This document shows positions 9,210 through 23,201 of a stretch of 64,000 nucleotides of DNA, in pieces. The stretch comes from an uncultured Thermoleophilia bacterium. GTDB taxonomy: Bacteria; Actinomycetota; Thermoleophilia; Gaiellales; Gaiellaceae. The stretch covers positions 223,624 to 287,623 of the forward strand of contig CAVUIQ010000009.1 in the NCBI GenBank assembly GCA_963741655.1. The letters are read 5' to 3'. The translations under genes and the position numbers were made by a program. The first letter of the stretch is position 1, and every line of letters begins with the position of its first letter. A model generated the notes under the pieces. The model saw only the letters and a list, made by a program, of their open reading frames with translations, did not search any database and was not told the DNA's origin.

Positions 9210-10568
9210 ATGTTCTCCCGCGTGCTCGTCGCGAACCGAGGTGAGATCGCCGTGCGCATCATCCGGGCGATCCACGAGCTCGGGATGGAGGCCGTCGCCG
9301 TCTACTCGACGGCCGACAGCGATGCGCTCCATGTCCGGCTCGCCGACCAGGCGGTCTGCATCGGCCCGCCCGCGGCGACCGACAGCTACCTTCGCGTCGC
9401 GAACGTGATCGCAGCTGCCGAAACCACGGGTTGCGAGGCTGTTCATCCGGGTTTCGGCTTCCTCTCGGAGAACTCGGGGTTCGTTCGGGCGTGCGTCGAC
9501 AACGACCTCGTCTTCGTCGGTCCTCCTGCGGACGTGATCGACAAGACGGGCGACAAGGCGCAGGCCAAGGGGGAGATGCGCGCGGCGGGCGTGCCGCTCG
9601 TTCCCGGAACCGAGGGTGCCGCGACACTCGAGCAGGTTCGCGTCGCCGCCGGTGAGCTCGGGTTTCCTGTCCTCCTCAAGGCGACGGCCGGAGGCGGCGG
9701 GAAGGGCATGCGCGTCGTCGATCGGCCGGAGGACCTCGAGGCGGCCTACGGTGCGGCAAGCGCGGAGGCCGAAGCGGCCTTCGGGGATGGCGCCATGTAC
9801 CTCGAGAAGGCGCTCGTCCCGGCCCGCCACGTCGAGATCCAGGTTCTCTGCGATGGGCACGGCGGCGTGCTTACCCTCGGCGAGCGCGAGTGCTCGATCC
9901 AGCGCCGGCACCAGAAGCTGATCGAGGAGTCGCCGTCCGTCGCGCTGACGTCCGAGACGCGCGAGGCGATGGAAGCCTCGGTCGAGCGCGCCTGCCGGCA
10001 GCTCGGATACGTGAACGCCGGAACGTTCGAGTTCCTGCTCGGCCCGGACGGTGAGCCGTCGTTCATCGAGGTGAACTGTCGTCTCCAGGTGGAGCATCCC
10101 GTGACCGAGATGGTGACCGGAATCGACATCGTGCGGGAGCAGCTCCGTGTCGCCGCAGGTGAGCGACTGTCGCTCACCGGCCGTGCGCCCCGCGCTGGTC
10201 ATTCGATCGAGATCCGGATCAATGCCGAGGATCCCCGGCGTGACTTCGCCCCGGCCCCGGGCCTCATTACGCGATTCCGCCCTCCGCTCGGTCCCGGGGT
10301 GCGCGTGGATACCGCCGTGGTCGAGGGAGGCTCGATTCCGCCGTTCTATGACTCGATGATCGCGAAGGTGATCGTTCGCGACGAGACGCGCGATGCTGCG
10401 ATCGCCCGGGCGATCCGTGCGCTCGATGAGCTCGAGATCGAAGGGATACCCACGACGCGGGAGCTTGCGATCGACATCCTGCGATCGCGCGAGTTCCGGG
10501 GAGGCGACTATTCGACCAGCTACCTTGCCGAGATGGAAGGTCGCCTCCCGTCGATGGTGTCCCCATGA
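9210..10568 (+). CDS. accC: Acetyl-CoA carboxylase biotin carboxylase subunit
   Basis: VLVANRGEIA, HPGFGFLSEN, GGGGKGMR, RECSIQRRHQKLIEE, RLQVEHPVTE, YDSMIAK. Confidence 0.96.
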   Translation: MFSRVLVANRGEIAVRIIRAIHELGMEAVAVYSTADSDALHVRLADQAVCIGPPAATDSYLRVANVIAAAETTGCEAVHPGFGFLSENSGFVRACVDNDLVFVGPPADVIDKTGDKAQAKGEMRAAGVPLVPGTEGAATLEQVRVAAGELGFPVLLKATAGGGGKGMRVVDRPEDLEAAYGAASAEAEAAFGDGAMYLEKALVPARHVEIQVLCDGHGGVLTLGERECSIQRRHQKLIEESPSVALTSETREAMEASVERACRQLGYVNAGTFEFLLGPDGEPSFIEVNCRLQVEHPVTEMVTGIDIVREQLRVAAGERLSLTGRAPRAGHSIEIRINAEDPRRDFAPAPGLITRFRPPLGPGVRVDTAVVEGGSIPPFYDSMIAKVIVRDETRDAAIARAIRALDELEIEGIPTTRELAIDILRSREFRGGDYSTSYLAEMEGRLPSMVSP

Positions 10569-10867
10569 GCCAGCAGGGAGTCGTCGCCGTCGGCCCGCTC
10601 GGTCGCGTGGAGCTCACGGGATCCGCGCTCGCATCGCTCGTCGCGCGGTCGGCGGAGGCGGTCGAGGGCGTCCATCTCCGCTCTCGTCGTCGACTCGACG
10701 TCGTCGTGGACGCGAGCGCGGTGCACATCGCGATCGGCGTCGAGGCAGCCGTTGGAGCCCAGCTGGGCGATGTCGGTGCGTTGGTTCAGCACTCGGTTGC
10801 GCGCGCGGTGACGGCGACGACGGGTCTTCCCACGCAGGTCGACGTCACGTTCGAGGTGATCGCGTGA
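10565..10867 (+). CDS. Asp23/Gls24-family (YqhY-like) protein
   Basis: Size, position between accC and nusB, VQHSVARAVTATTGL...VDVTF pattern. Confidence 0.75.
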   Translation: MSQQGVVAVGPLGRVELTGSALASLVARSAEAVEGVHLRSRRRLDVVVDASAVHIAIGVEAAVGAQLGDVGALVQHSVARAVTATTGLPTQVDVTFEVIA

Positions 10868-11253
10868 AGGTCGCGAAGGTCGGGCGGCGGCAGTCTCGCC
10901 GAACGGCGCTCTTCCTGCTCTACCAGTGGGACCTCACGGGGCAGCCGCTCGCGTCGCTCTATGACGGGACGCCAGACGACTTCGCACTCGGCCTGGCCGA
11001 GGCGATCGCGGAGCGCGCGCCGGAGCTCGACGAGCGGATCACGGCTGCATCTGACGCGTGGGCGGCCGATCGGCTCGGTACGCTCGAACGGAACATTCTG
11101 CGGATCGGGGTCTACGAACTGGAGGAGGGCACGGTGCCTGCCGAAGTGGCGATCAACGAAGCCGTCGTACTTGCAAAGCGGTACGCCACGGAGGATGCAG
11201 CCCGACTCGTGAACGGGATCCTCGGCCGAATCCACCGCGAGGAGACATCATGA
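10864..11253 (+). CDS. nusB: Transcription antitermination factor NusB
   Basis: RRQSRRTALFLLYQWD, ERNILRIGVYEL, VAINEAVVLAKRY, VNGILG. Confidence 0.95.
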   Translation: MKVAKVGRRQSRRTALFLLYQWDLTGQPLASLYDGTPDDFALGLAEAIAERAPELDERITAASDAWAADRLGTLERNILRIGVYELEEGTVPAEVAINEAVVLAKRYATEDAARLVNGILGRIHREETS

Positions 11254-11447
11254 GCGCGAACGAGAGCCTCGGACGCGCGCAGGAGCTCGCCGAGCGGCTG
11301 CGCGCGAAACTGGACAGTCTCGAGCGACATGCGGAGGCCGGAGACGTCGACGCCGCCGTCGACGATCTGGCGGAGATCGCCGAGCTCGCGAAGCAGATCG
11401 AGGCCGAGGTGCAGCGGGCCCGCGCGAACGCCGATGCAGGCGCCTGA
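11250..11447 (+). CDS. Small coiled-coil protein in the usual xseB position
   Basis: GAGGAG RBS, ATGA overlap with nusB, 65-aa helical hairpin MSANESLGRAQELAERL...; overlaps the ispA start. Confidence 0.7.
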   Translation: MSANESLGRAQELAERLRAKLDSLERHAEAGDVDAAVDDLAEIAELAKQIEAEVQRARANADAGA

Positions 11448-12201
11448 CGCGCTTCTCGAGCTGACGGAGCGCTACGTCGAGCGCCTCGAGCTGGAGGCCG
11501 AGCTCGGAGAGCAGCGCGCGTCCATGCGCTACGCCCTCGAGGGTGGGAAGCGAGTCAGGGCCATCATCTGCCTGGCGACCGCGGAGGCCGCGGGTGTCGA
11601 ACCAGAGCGGGCGCTGCCGGCCGCAGCCGCACTCGAGTTGATCCACGCGTTCTCGCTCGTCCACGACGACCTCCCGGCGCTCGACGACGACGACGAACGA
11701 CGCGGGCGTCCGAGCACGCACATCGCGTTTGGCGAAGGCGTTGCGTTGCTGGCGGGCGACGCGCTGATCGCGGAGGCGTTCCGGCTCGTCCTCCAGTATC
11801 CGACTACCGGACCGGCGCGCGAACTGGTTGGGGCCACGCTGGGGATGATCGGAGGCCAGTACCTCGACATCACGGGCGGTGACAGCGACCTCGCAGAGCT
11901 CCACCGCCTGAAGACGGGGAGGCTCTTCGCAGCCTCGGTCGGTCTCGCGCTCTGGGCCGCCGAGGTGCCCGAGCCCGAGCAGGGACCATGGCGTGCCTTC
12001 GGTGAGGAGCTGGGGATGCTGTTCCAGGTCGTCGACGATGTCCTCGACGGTGACGGTTACGCGGCTCACCTCGGAGCCGATGCCGCCCGCGAGCTCGCCC
12101 GCGAAGCGGGCGAGCGTGCGACGCACGCTCTCGCCCGGATCCCGGCCGACACGTCGGTCCTTCGCGCGATCGTCGACGGCCTGGTCGTTCGCACCGCCTA
12201 G
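11434..12201 (+). CDS. ispA: Polyprenyl (farnesyl/geranyl) diphosphate synthase
   Basis: GGKRVR, ELIHAFSLVHDDLPALDDDDERRGRPS, GQYLD, KTG, FQVVDDVLD. Confidence 0.93.
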   Translation: MQAPDALLELTERYVERLELEAELGEQRASMRYALEGGKRVRAIICLATAEAAGVEPERALPAAAALELIHAFSLVHDDLPALDDDDERRGRPSTHIAFGEGVALLAGDALIAEAFRLVLQYPTTGPARELVGATLGMIGGQYLDITGGDSDLAELHRLKTGRLFAASVGLALWAAEVPEPEQGPWRAFGEELGMLFQVVDDVLDGDGYAAHLGADAARELAREAGERATHALARIPADTSVLRAIVDGLVVRTA

Positions 12202-12286
12202 TGGCGCTTGGGACGAGGTTCGACCTGAAATGCCCCGGTCCGTGAAGGGCCACTTCCAGGCGAGCACGGTGCGTCGGTGACAGGCG

Positions 12287-12907
12287 TCAGCCTGTCTCCC
12301 GGGCTTGGCGCTGTAGCCGGACGAGCCCTCCTGCCGGGAGCGCGGGGAGCGACGTCCGTTCCAGTGACCAGCCTGCCGCCTGGGCTCGCTCGAAGAACGC
12401 GGGCGCGTGCCGCCGGCCGGGATCCGCGATCAACGCTGCTCCAGCGGCCGCGACAGCGTCGTCGAGGAGCCTGACGAGCGGCTTGGCGTTGCGTTGCTCA
12501 TAGAGCACGTCAGCGGCGACGACGAGGTCGTAGCGCTCCGCGTCGAGGCTTGTCGGCGTCATCCAGTCCAGCACGGAGGCATCGATGTCGAGTCCGTTGG
12601 CCGCCGCGTTGAACCCGACGAGCTCGATGCACTCCGGCGCCCAGTCGGTGGCAAGCACGTGAGCACCGGCGGCGGCAGCTGCGAAGGAAGGGAGCGCCAG
12701 TCCGCACCCGAGCTCGAGCAAGCGCTTTCCCGCGAGGTCGAGGGTCGCGAGATGCTGCGCGAGCGCGAGACCGCTCGGCCAGAGCTCGGCCCAGTACGGG
12801 AGGAATTCGTCCTCGGCGAATCGGTCCTCGTCGATGAGGCTCTCCGTGTCGAGAGGGCGCGCAAGCACCAGCTCGCGACCTCCGACCACGATTCGTTCCC
12901 TCCGCAT
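12287..12907 (-). CDS. Class I SAM methyltransferase (Methyltransf_16 / protein-lysine methyltransferase-like)
   Basis: PYWAELWPSG, LELGCGL, ATDW, LDW, AADVLYE, ADPGR. Confidence 0.85.
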   Translation of the reverse strand: MRRERIVVGGRELVLARPLDTESLIDEDRFAEDEFLPYWAELWPSGLALAQHLATLDLAGKRLLELGCGLALPSFAAAAAGAHVLATDWAPECIELVGFNAAANGLDIDASVLDWMTPTSLDAERYDLVVAADVLYEQRNAKPLVRLLDDAVAAAGAALIADPGRRHAPAFFERAQAAGWSLERTSLPALPAGGLVRLQRQARETG

Positions 12908-12927
12908 CCGGCTAGCCTGCCACGAGA

Positions 12928-13689
12928 ATGAAGAAGCGGCTCGATGTCCTCCTCGTAGAACGTGGCCTCGCCGAGACCCGTAGCCAGGCGCAGGCACTCG
13001 TCATCGCAGGGCTCGTCCCCGGCCATGACAAGCCGGGAACGCAGCTCGACGAGTCGGTCGTGCTCGAGGTCGAGCGGCCACCACGATTCGTGTCGCGAGG
13101 TGGTGAGAAGCTTGCACACGCCCTCGAGCTGCTCCCGCTCGACCCCACGGGCAAGGACTGCCTCGACGTGGGTGCCTCGACGGGGGGCTTTACGGATTGC
13201 CTGCTGCAAAACGGGGCGGCGCGGGTGATCGCCCTCGATGTCGGGTACGGACAGCTCCATCCGCGCCTGCGGGTGGATGACCGCGTCATCGTGCTCGAGC
13301 GGGTGAACGCCCGCAGCGTGACGAGCCTTCCATTCCCGCCCGTGGTGATCGTATGCGACGTCTCCTTCATCTCGGTCCGGACGGCTCTGCCCCCGCTGCT
13401 CCGGCTCGCTGCTCCAGGGTGGGAGGCGCTCGTCCTCGTGAAGCCACAGTTCGAAGCGGGCCGCGCCGACGCGCCGAAGGGTGTCGTCCGTGACCTCGAC
13501 GTCCGTCGACGGGTGCTCCGTGACGTCTGCGCAGCGGCGCCCACATGGGGCTCGCGCGTGCTCGGCGTCGTAGACTCCGGTCTCCCAGGCCCGAAGGGAA
13601 ACCGGGAGTTCCTCGTCCACCTGATCGACAGTCCGGAGCCGACCGATGCCGATGAGCTCGAACGCTGGATCGACGATGCCGTCGGGTAG
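12928..13689 (+). CDS. tlyA: TlyA-family rRNA 2'-O-methyltransferase
   Basis: KKRLDVLLV S4 domain, FVSRGGEKL, DVGASTGGFTD, DVSFIS, LVKPQFE, GPKGNRE. Confidence 0.96.
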   Translation: MKKRLDVLLVERGLAETRSQAQALVIAGLVPGHDKPGTQLDESVVLEVERPPRFVSRGGEKLAHALELLPLDPTGKDCLDVGASTGGFTDCLLQNGAARVIALDVGYGQLHPRLRVDDRVIVLERVNARSVTSLPFPPVVIVCDVSFISVRTALPPLLRLAAPGWEALVLVKPQFEAGRADAPKGVVRDLDVRRRVLRDVCAAAPTWGSRVLGVVDSGLPGPKGNREFLVHLIDSPEPTDADELERWIDDAVG

Positions 13690-14491
13690 CCGCGTCGAAC
13701 GCGCGGCTGTGGTTCTCCACGGGCGTCCCGAGGCCCTCGGGACAGGGCTCGCGCAGCTCGAGGCAGTGGCCGCTCGCGCGGGCGTCGAGCTCATCGTCGC
13801 AGGAGACGCGCCGGTCGGGGCGGGCGACGTCCAGCTCGCGATCGTCCTCGGTGGAGACGGGACGATGTTGCGCGCGCTGCACCGTTTCCTCGGGACGGGG
13901 GTTCCGGTGATCGGCGTCAACTTCGGGCGTGTCGGCTTCCTCAGCGCGATCGCGAAGGACGATCTCGAGGTAGGGGTCGCGAGGGTGTTCCGTGGCGAGC
14001 TCGAGGTCGTCGAGCTTGCAACGCTCGAGGTCGTGACCGGAGGAGAGCGCTTCGTCGCGGTCAACGATGCGGTCGTGACGAGCGGCGAGCTCGGCCGGAT
14101 GGTCGAGATCGAGTGGTCGGTCGGTGGAGAGGACTTCGGTCGTGTTCCCTGCGACGGCCTGATCTGCTCGACCCCGTCGGGCTCGACGGCCTACAACCTC
14201 TCGAACGGCGGCCCGGTGCTGATGTGGGGCCTCGACGCAATGGCACTGACCTTTGTTGCTCCCCACGACCTTCGGGCGCGTCCGTTCGTCGTCCCGCGAG
14301 GGAACGACCTGCTCGTCTGGAATCGAACGGCGGGTGTCGACTGCGCCGTGCTCGTCGACGGCCACAGGATCGCGGACTGTGGCCCAGGTGGTCATGTCTC
14401 GATCGGGCTCGGCGCCGAGCGCTCGTTGCTCGGGACGCTCCCCGATGCGACCTTCGTCCGTCGCTACCGGCAGAGCTTCGGGAGCTCGTAA
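13676..14491 (+). CDS. nadK: NAD(+) kinase
   Basis: LGGDGTML, GVNFGRVGFL, VND, DGLICSTPSGSTAYNLSNGGP. Confidence 0.96.
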   Translation: MPSGSRVERAAVVLHGRPEALGTGLAQLEAVAARAGVELIVAGDAPVGAGDVQLAIVLGGDGTMLRALHRFLGTGVPVIGVNFGRVGFLSAIAKDDLEVGVARVFRGELEVVELATLEVVTGGERFVAVNDAVVTSGELGRMVEIEWSVGGEDFGRVPCDGLICSTPSGSTAYNLSNGGPVLMWGLDAMALTFVAPHDLRARPFVVPRGNDLLVWNRTAGVDCAVLVDGHRIADCGPGGHVSIGLGAERSLLGTLPDATFVRRYRQSFGSS

Positions 14492-14552
14492 CGGGAGACG
14501 CGTCCTGTCGGGACACGTGTGCTCGCCGCGCGTCCGGTCTACCATCCCAAGG

Positions 14553-16193
14553 ATGCTGCGACGCCTCCGGATCGAGAACCTCGTCCTCATTCGCGAGGCC
14601 GAGCTCGAGCTGGGTACAGGCCTGAACGTCCTCAGCGGGGAGACCGGCGCTGGCAAGACGATCTTCGCCCAGGCGATCGGACTCCTCCTCGGTGTCAAGG
14701 GAGATGCCGCGGCCGTCGGCCCGGCGGCAAAGGAGGCGTACGTCGAGGCCGAGTTCGACGTCGCGGAGGGCTTCTTCGACGACGCCGAGCTAGGGGCCAT
14801 TGCGGAGGTGCGGCCGGAGGACGAACCGGGAGTCGTCCTTGCCCGGCGCGTCTTCGCAGACGGCCGCACACGCGCGTACGCGTGGGGACGGGCGATCGCG
14901 CGCGAGGATCTCGCCGCAGCGACGGAGCGACTCATTGCCATGTCAGGGCAGTTCGAGCAGCGGCGGCTCGCCCGTCCGGCCTACCAACTCGACGTGCTCG
15001 ACGCATTCGTCGGCGAGGAGCAGGCCGCCCGCAGGCGAGAGACGCGAGAGGCGTGGCGCTCGCTGATCGCTGCTCGTCGCCGGAACGACGAGGTGACGCG
15101 GGACGCCGGGTCAGAGGAGGCGCGGCTCACCGCCTTACGCGACCTCGTCGAGCGGACCGAGGGCATCGAGCGCGGCGAGGAGGAGACGCTGCGGGCAGAG
15201 CGCGAGCGGATGCGTCGCGCAGGGGAACTTGCTGCGGGTGCTGCTGCAGCGACCGCCGCCGTCGCGCCGGAGGATGGGGAAGGCGCGGCCTCGCTCGCGG
15301 CCGCGGCCGAGCGGGCTCTGGCACCGCTCGTTGACCTTGCGCCCGAGCTCGAGCGTCCCGCTTCTGAGCTTCGTGATCTCGTCCACCGACTGAACGACGT
15401 CGGCGGTGATCTGCACCGTTTCGTCGCCACCCTGGAGGCCGACCCGGCCCGGGTCGAGTCGGTCGAGGAGCGTCTGGACATGATCGCGGAAGCGCGGCGC
15501 CGGTTCGACGCCCTGACCACGGACACGTTGCTCGACCGTCGCGACGCGGCGCTTGCGGAGCTCAGCCAGGTCGACTCCGGAGTCGACGCCGTCACGGCCG
15601 CAGCCGGTGCGTTGGTGGTCGCCGAGGAGCAGTTCGGGCTTCGGGCTGCGGCTCTCCACGACGCGAGAAGCGCCGCGTCTGAGGCCTTCGCCGAGGCGGT
15701 CGCCGAGAACCTCAGGGGCGTTGGGATGGGTGAGGGCGAGTTCCGTGTCGAGCTGAGAGATCGCGAGGAGGGGCCAACGGGCCTCGACGAGGCGGTCTTC
15801 CAGATCCGGCCGAACCCCGGGATGCCACTCGGCCCCGTCGCCGAGACCGCCTCGGGCGGCGAGCTCTCACGCATTGCACTGGCTCTCGCAGCGGTCGCCG
15901 GGGGCGAGACGCTCGTCTTCGACGAGATCGATGCGGGCATCGGCGGGGTGACGGCGCACCGGGTTGCCGACACGCTGGCGCGCCTCGCCGAGCGTGCGCA
16001 GGTGATCACGATCACGCACCTGCCGCAGATCGCGAACGTCGCGACGACGCACTTCCGCGTCGAGAAGGTCCCGGGCGACCCGACCCACACGCGGATCGAG
16101 GAGCTCACGCCGAACGAGCGTCGCGTCGAACTCGAACGGATGCTCGGTGGGGAGGAGTTTCTGGCAGGAATCGCCTCGGAGCGCCGCACGTGA
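14553..16193 (+). CDS. recN: DNA repair protein RecN
   Basis: LSGETGAGKT, ASGGELSR, VFDEIDAGIGG, ITHLPQIA. Confidence 0.96.
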   Translation: MLRRLRIENLVLIREAELELGTGLNVLSGETGAGKTIFAQAIGLLLGVKGDAAAVGPAAKEAYVEAEFDVAEGFFDDAELGAIAEVRPEDEPGVVLARRVFADGRTRAYAWGRAIAREDLAAATERLIAMSGQFEQRRLARPAYQLDVLDAFVGEEQAARRRETREAWRSLIAARRRNDEVTRDAGSEEARLTALRDLVERTEGIERGEEETLRAERERMRRAGELAAGAAAATAAVAPEDGEGAASLAAAAERALAPLVDLAPELERPASELRDLVHRLNDVGGDLHRFVATLEADPARVESVEERLDMIAEARRRFDALTTDTLLDRRDAALAELSQVDSGVDAVTAAAGALVVAEEQFGLRAAALHDARSAASEAFAEAVAENLRGVGMGEGEFRVELRDREEGPTGLDEAVFQIRPNPGMPLGPVAETASGGELSRIALALAAVAGGETLVFDEIDAGIGGVTAHRVADTLARLAERAQVITITHLPQIANVATTHFRVEKVPGDPTHTRIEELTPNERRVELERMLGGEEFLAGIASERRT

Positions 16194-17314
16194 CCGAGAT
16201 CGTCGGCACAGCACGGCTCGGCAAGCGGACGAAGGATCTCGTCAAGCGCCTACAACCCGGTGACCTCGCGATCATCGACCACGTGGATCTCGATCGCGTC
16301 TCGGCGGAGGAGCTCGTCGAGTCCGGCGTCCGCGCGGTCGTCAACGTCGCGTCGTCCAATTCGGGTCGGTTCCCCAATCCCGGGCCGCTCGAGCTCGTGC
16401 GTGGAGGCGTCTGCCTCGTCGACGCTCCGGGATCCGATCTGTTCGAGCACCTTTCGGACGGGGAGACGGTCACGGTGCGCAGCGGCTCTCTCTGGAGGAG
16501 CGGCACGCGCCTGGCGGAAGGTGTGGAGCTCACGGAGCGTGCGCTCGCCTCGGCCCTCACCGACCAGCAAGCGCGCGTCACGAATGCGCTCGAGGCGTTT
16601 GCCGACAACACGTTACGGCACCTCCGAGAGGAGGGCCGACTGCTCGCGGCCGGTATCGACTTTCCTCCGCTGACGACGAGGTTCCGAGATCGGCACGCCG
16701 TCGTCGTGGCCCGCGGGCCCGGCTACAAGAGCGACCTCCGGATCGTGCGGCCGTACATCAGGAACTTCAAGCCCGTGCTCGTCGCGGTCGACGGGGGCGC
16801 CGACGCACTCCTCGAAATCGGGCTTCGACCCGACGTGATCGTCGGAGACTTCGACTCTGCGACGGACGCCGCGCTTGCGTCTGGCGCCGAGCTACTCGTC
16901 CACGCATACGCGGACGGGAGCGCGCCCGGTTCGAAGCGGCTGAGCGAGATGGGGCTTCCGTTCCTCACGGTGGCCGCGCCGGGGATCAGCGAGGACATCG
17001 CACTGCTCCTCGCACACGAGCGTGGGGCCGAGTTGATCGTCGCGGTGGGGACGCACTTCAATCTCGTCGAGTTCCTCGAGCGCAACCGGGAGGGAATGGC
17101 GTCGACGTTCGTGACGCGACTGAAGGTCGGCGAGTCGCTCGTGGACGCAAAGGGCGTATCAAGGCTCGTCTCGCCGCGGATCGGTGTGTGGCCGCTCGTG
17201 ACGTTCGTGGCGGCCGGACTGGCGGCGATAACCGTCGCCGTTCTCGTCTCACCTGCGCTGCGGAACGTGATCGAGTCGCTCGGACGCTCGTTCGGGAACG
17301 CGCTCGGCCTCTGA
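16190..17314 (+). CDS. steA: SteA-family protein (thiamine-pyrophosphokinase-like domain, C-terminal TM)
   Basis: RTKDLVKRL, IIDHVDLD, GRFPNPGP, VDGGADAL, PDVIVGDFDS, MASTFVTRLKVG..LVDAKGVS; follows recN. Confidence 0.85.
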   Translation: MTEIVGTARLGKRTKDLVKRLQPGDLAIIDHVDLDRVSAEELVESGVRAVVNVASSNSGRFPNPGPLELVRGGVCLVDAPGSDLFEHLSDGETVTVRSGSLWRSGTRLAEGVELTERALASALTDQQARVTNALEAFADNTLRHLREEGRLLAAGIDFPPLTTRFRDRHAVVVARGPGYKSDLRIVRPYIRNFKPVLVAVDGGADALLEIGLRPDVIVGDFDSATDAALASGAELLVHAYADGSAPGSKRLSEMGLPFLTVAAPGISEDIALLLAHERGAELIVAVGTHFNLVEFLERNREGMASTFVTRLKVGESLVDAKGVSRLVSPRIGVWPLVTFVAAGLAAITVAVLVSPALRNVIESLGRSFGNALGL

Positions 17315-17354
17315 GAGTGCCGAAGGCGCTCCTGCGCGCCTTACACTGCTTCCG

Positions 17355-18235
17355 ATGTTCGACCTCCGCTACCACGTCGCCTCGCTGACGGCGGTCTTCG
17401 TCGCACTCGTGATCGGCATCCTCGTCGGGGTGGGCCTCTCGGGGAAGGGGTTCGTCAACGATGCGGAGCGCGACAACCTGACGAGCCAGATCTCGGCGCT
17501 GCAGCAGGAAGTGGACTCGGCGGAGGGGTCGCTGGAATCGGCCACGCGGACAAAGGAGGCTCTGCGCCGGCTAGCGGACGAGACCTACCCGGCGGTCGTG
17601 CCCGGCCGGCTCGAAGGGAAGAACGTCGCCGTGCTCTTCGTCGGCCCGGTCGACGCCGGAACGGCGTTCTCCGTTCGGCGGGCGATCGTCGACGCCGGAG
17701 GCACCGTCGTGCGAACCCGTTCGATCCGGGTGCCGCTCGACACGAAACGCGTGCAGGAGATCCTCAAGCGCCAGCCGGCGTTCCGGCAGCTCCAGGGTGC
17801 GGCGCGGCTCGGAGACGTCGGCGAAACACTCGGCACCGAGTTCGTGATCGGAGAGGTGACGCCGCTCTGGGATGCGCTCGACGAGACGCTCGTGCTCGAG
17901 CGCAAGGGGCTCTCGAAGCCTCCGGCCGACGCGGTCGTCGTCGTGCGCTCAGCCGACCCGCAGCGCGGGCTGTCGAAGGCCTTCCTCGCCGGCGTCTACT
18001 CGGGTCTTGCGCGTACGAGCACCGCTGCTGTGGGCGTCGATACCTCGGGCACGGGTCAGAGCGCGATTCCCGCGTTTGCCCTGTCAGGGCTCTCGACCGT
18101 CGACTCGGTCGACACGTCGGCCGGCCGGCTCGCGCTCGCGCTCGTGCTCGGCGGCGCTGCGCCGGGCAGTTACGGCGTCAAGGAGCCCGCCACCGACGGC
18201 ATCCTGCCTCCGGTTACCCCCTTGCCGCAACAGGG

Positions 18236-18239
<4 letters not shown>
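17355..18239 (+). CDS. SteB / MctB ('copper transporter') family membrane-anchored protein
   Basis: FDLRYHVASLTAVFVALVIGILVG N-terminus, coiled coil, STVDSVDTSAGRLAL, GSYGVK. Confidence 0.85.
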
Positions 18240-22211
<3,972 letters not shown>

Positions 22212-22212
22212 C

Positions 22213-23201
22213 GTGGCACTCACCCTTCGCTGGGGAACCGTGACCACGGTCACGCAACGCCTCGACGAGTTGATCCGTTGCACGGTCGACGGCAACGAGT
22301 GCATCGCCTATCCCCGTCAGACCGGGCCGGTAGAGGTCGGCGATACGGTGCTCGTGAACACGCAGGCGACGGATCTCGGGCTCGGCTCCGGGGGCTTCCA
22401 CGTGCTCTACGCGAACATGACACGCGGGCTCGGGCTCAAGCCTCCACCTGGTGCACACGTCATGGCGCTGCCATACACACCCGGTCAGTCCGCCGCCGCG
22501 TGTGTCGAGGAGCTCGATGAGCTTGCCGAGGATCTGGGCGGCATGCCCGTCGTCTGCTGCGGCCTGCACAGCCAGGTACCGCCGGTCTTCGCCGGGATCG
22601 GCATCAGGCGTTCGCGTGGCCTACGTGCAGCTGGCAGGCGGGGCGCTCCCCGTGGCCTTGTCGGACGCGCTCCGGACGCTCAAGACCCGGCGGCTCCTCG
22701 AGGCGGCAATCGCTGTCGCGCCGTGCCACGACGGGGACGTACAGGCCGTGACCGTCGCGTCGGCGCTGACCTGGGCAAAGGCCCGAGGATTCGATGTTGT
22801 CGTCTGCGGGATCGGCCCCGGAATCGCTGGGACGGGATCCGTCTTCGGGCATGGTGGAATGGCGGTCTCCGAGGCCGCGAACGCGACTGCGGCGCTTGGC
22901 GGTAGAGCCATCATCGCGGTTCGGTACTCCGGACGCCGATGCCCGCGAGCGTCATCGCGGCGTCTCTCATCACACGCGATCGGCTCTCCGCCTCACACTC
23001 GGCGTGCGCCACGTCGCATGGCCGAGCGATCTCGGACGGGACGACGCACTCGGCGACGTCGTCGAGATCGACATTGACGGATGGCAAGACGCCTGCTCGA
23101 GCCTTCCCCTGCTGCACATGGGTCGGGGGCCGGAGGAGGACCCGTGGTTCTTCGCATCGGCCTTCGCCGCCGGCCGCCACGCACGGATGCTTCTCGGATG
23201 A
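22213..23201 (+). CDS. DUF3866-family protein (frameshifts near 22605 and 22930)
   Basis: GDTVLVNTQA..LGLGSGGFH, HVMALPYTP, CGLHSQ, GIGPGIAGTG..FGHGG, DARERHRGVSHH, MGRGPEEDPWFF. Confidence 0.8.

Noticed and set aside
14491-14543. GTAG/GTCG-headed imperfect palindromes at 14491-14543 and about 29178-29212 (minus strand)
   Set aside because: They resemble the REP-like families but are too divergent to assign by eye.
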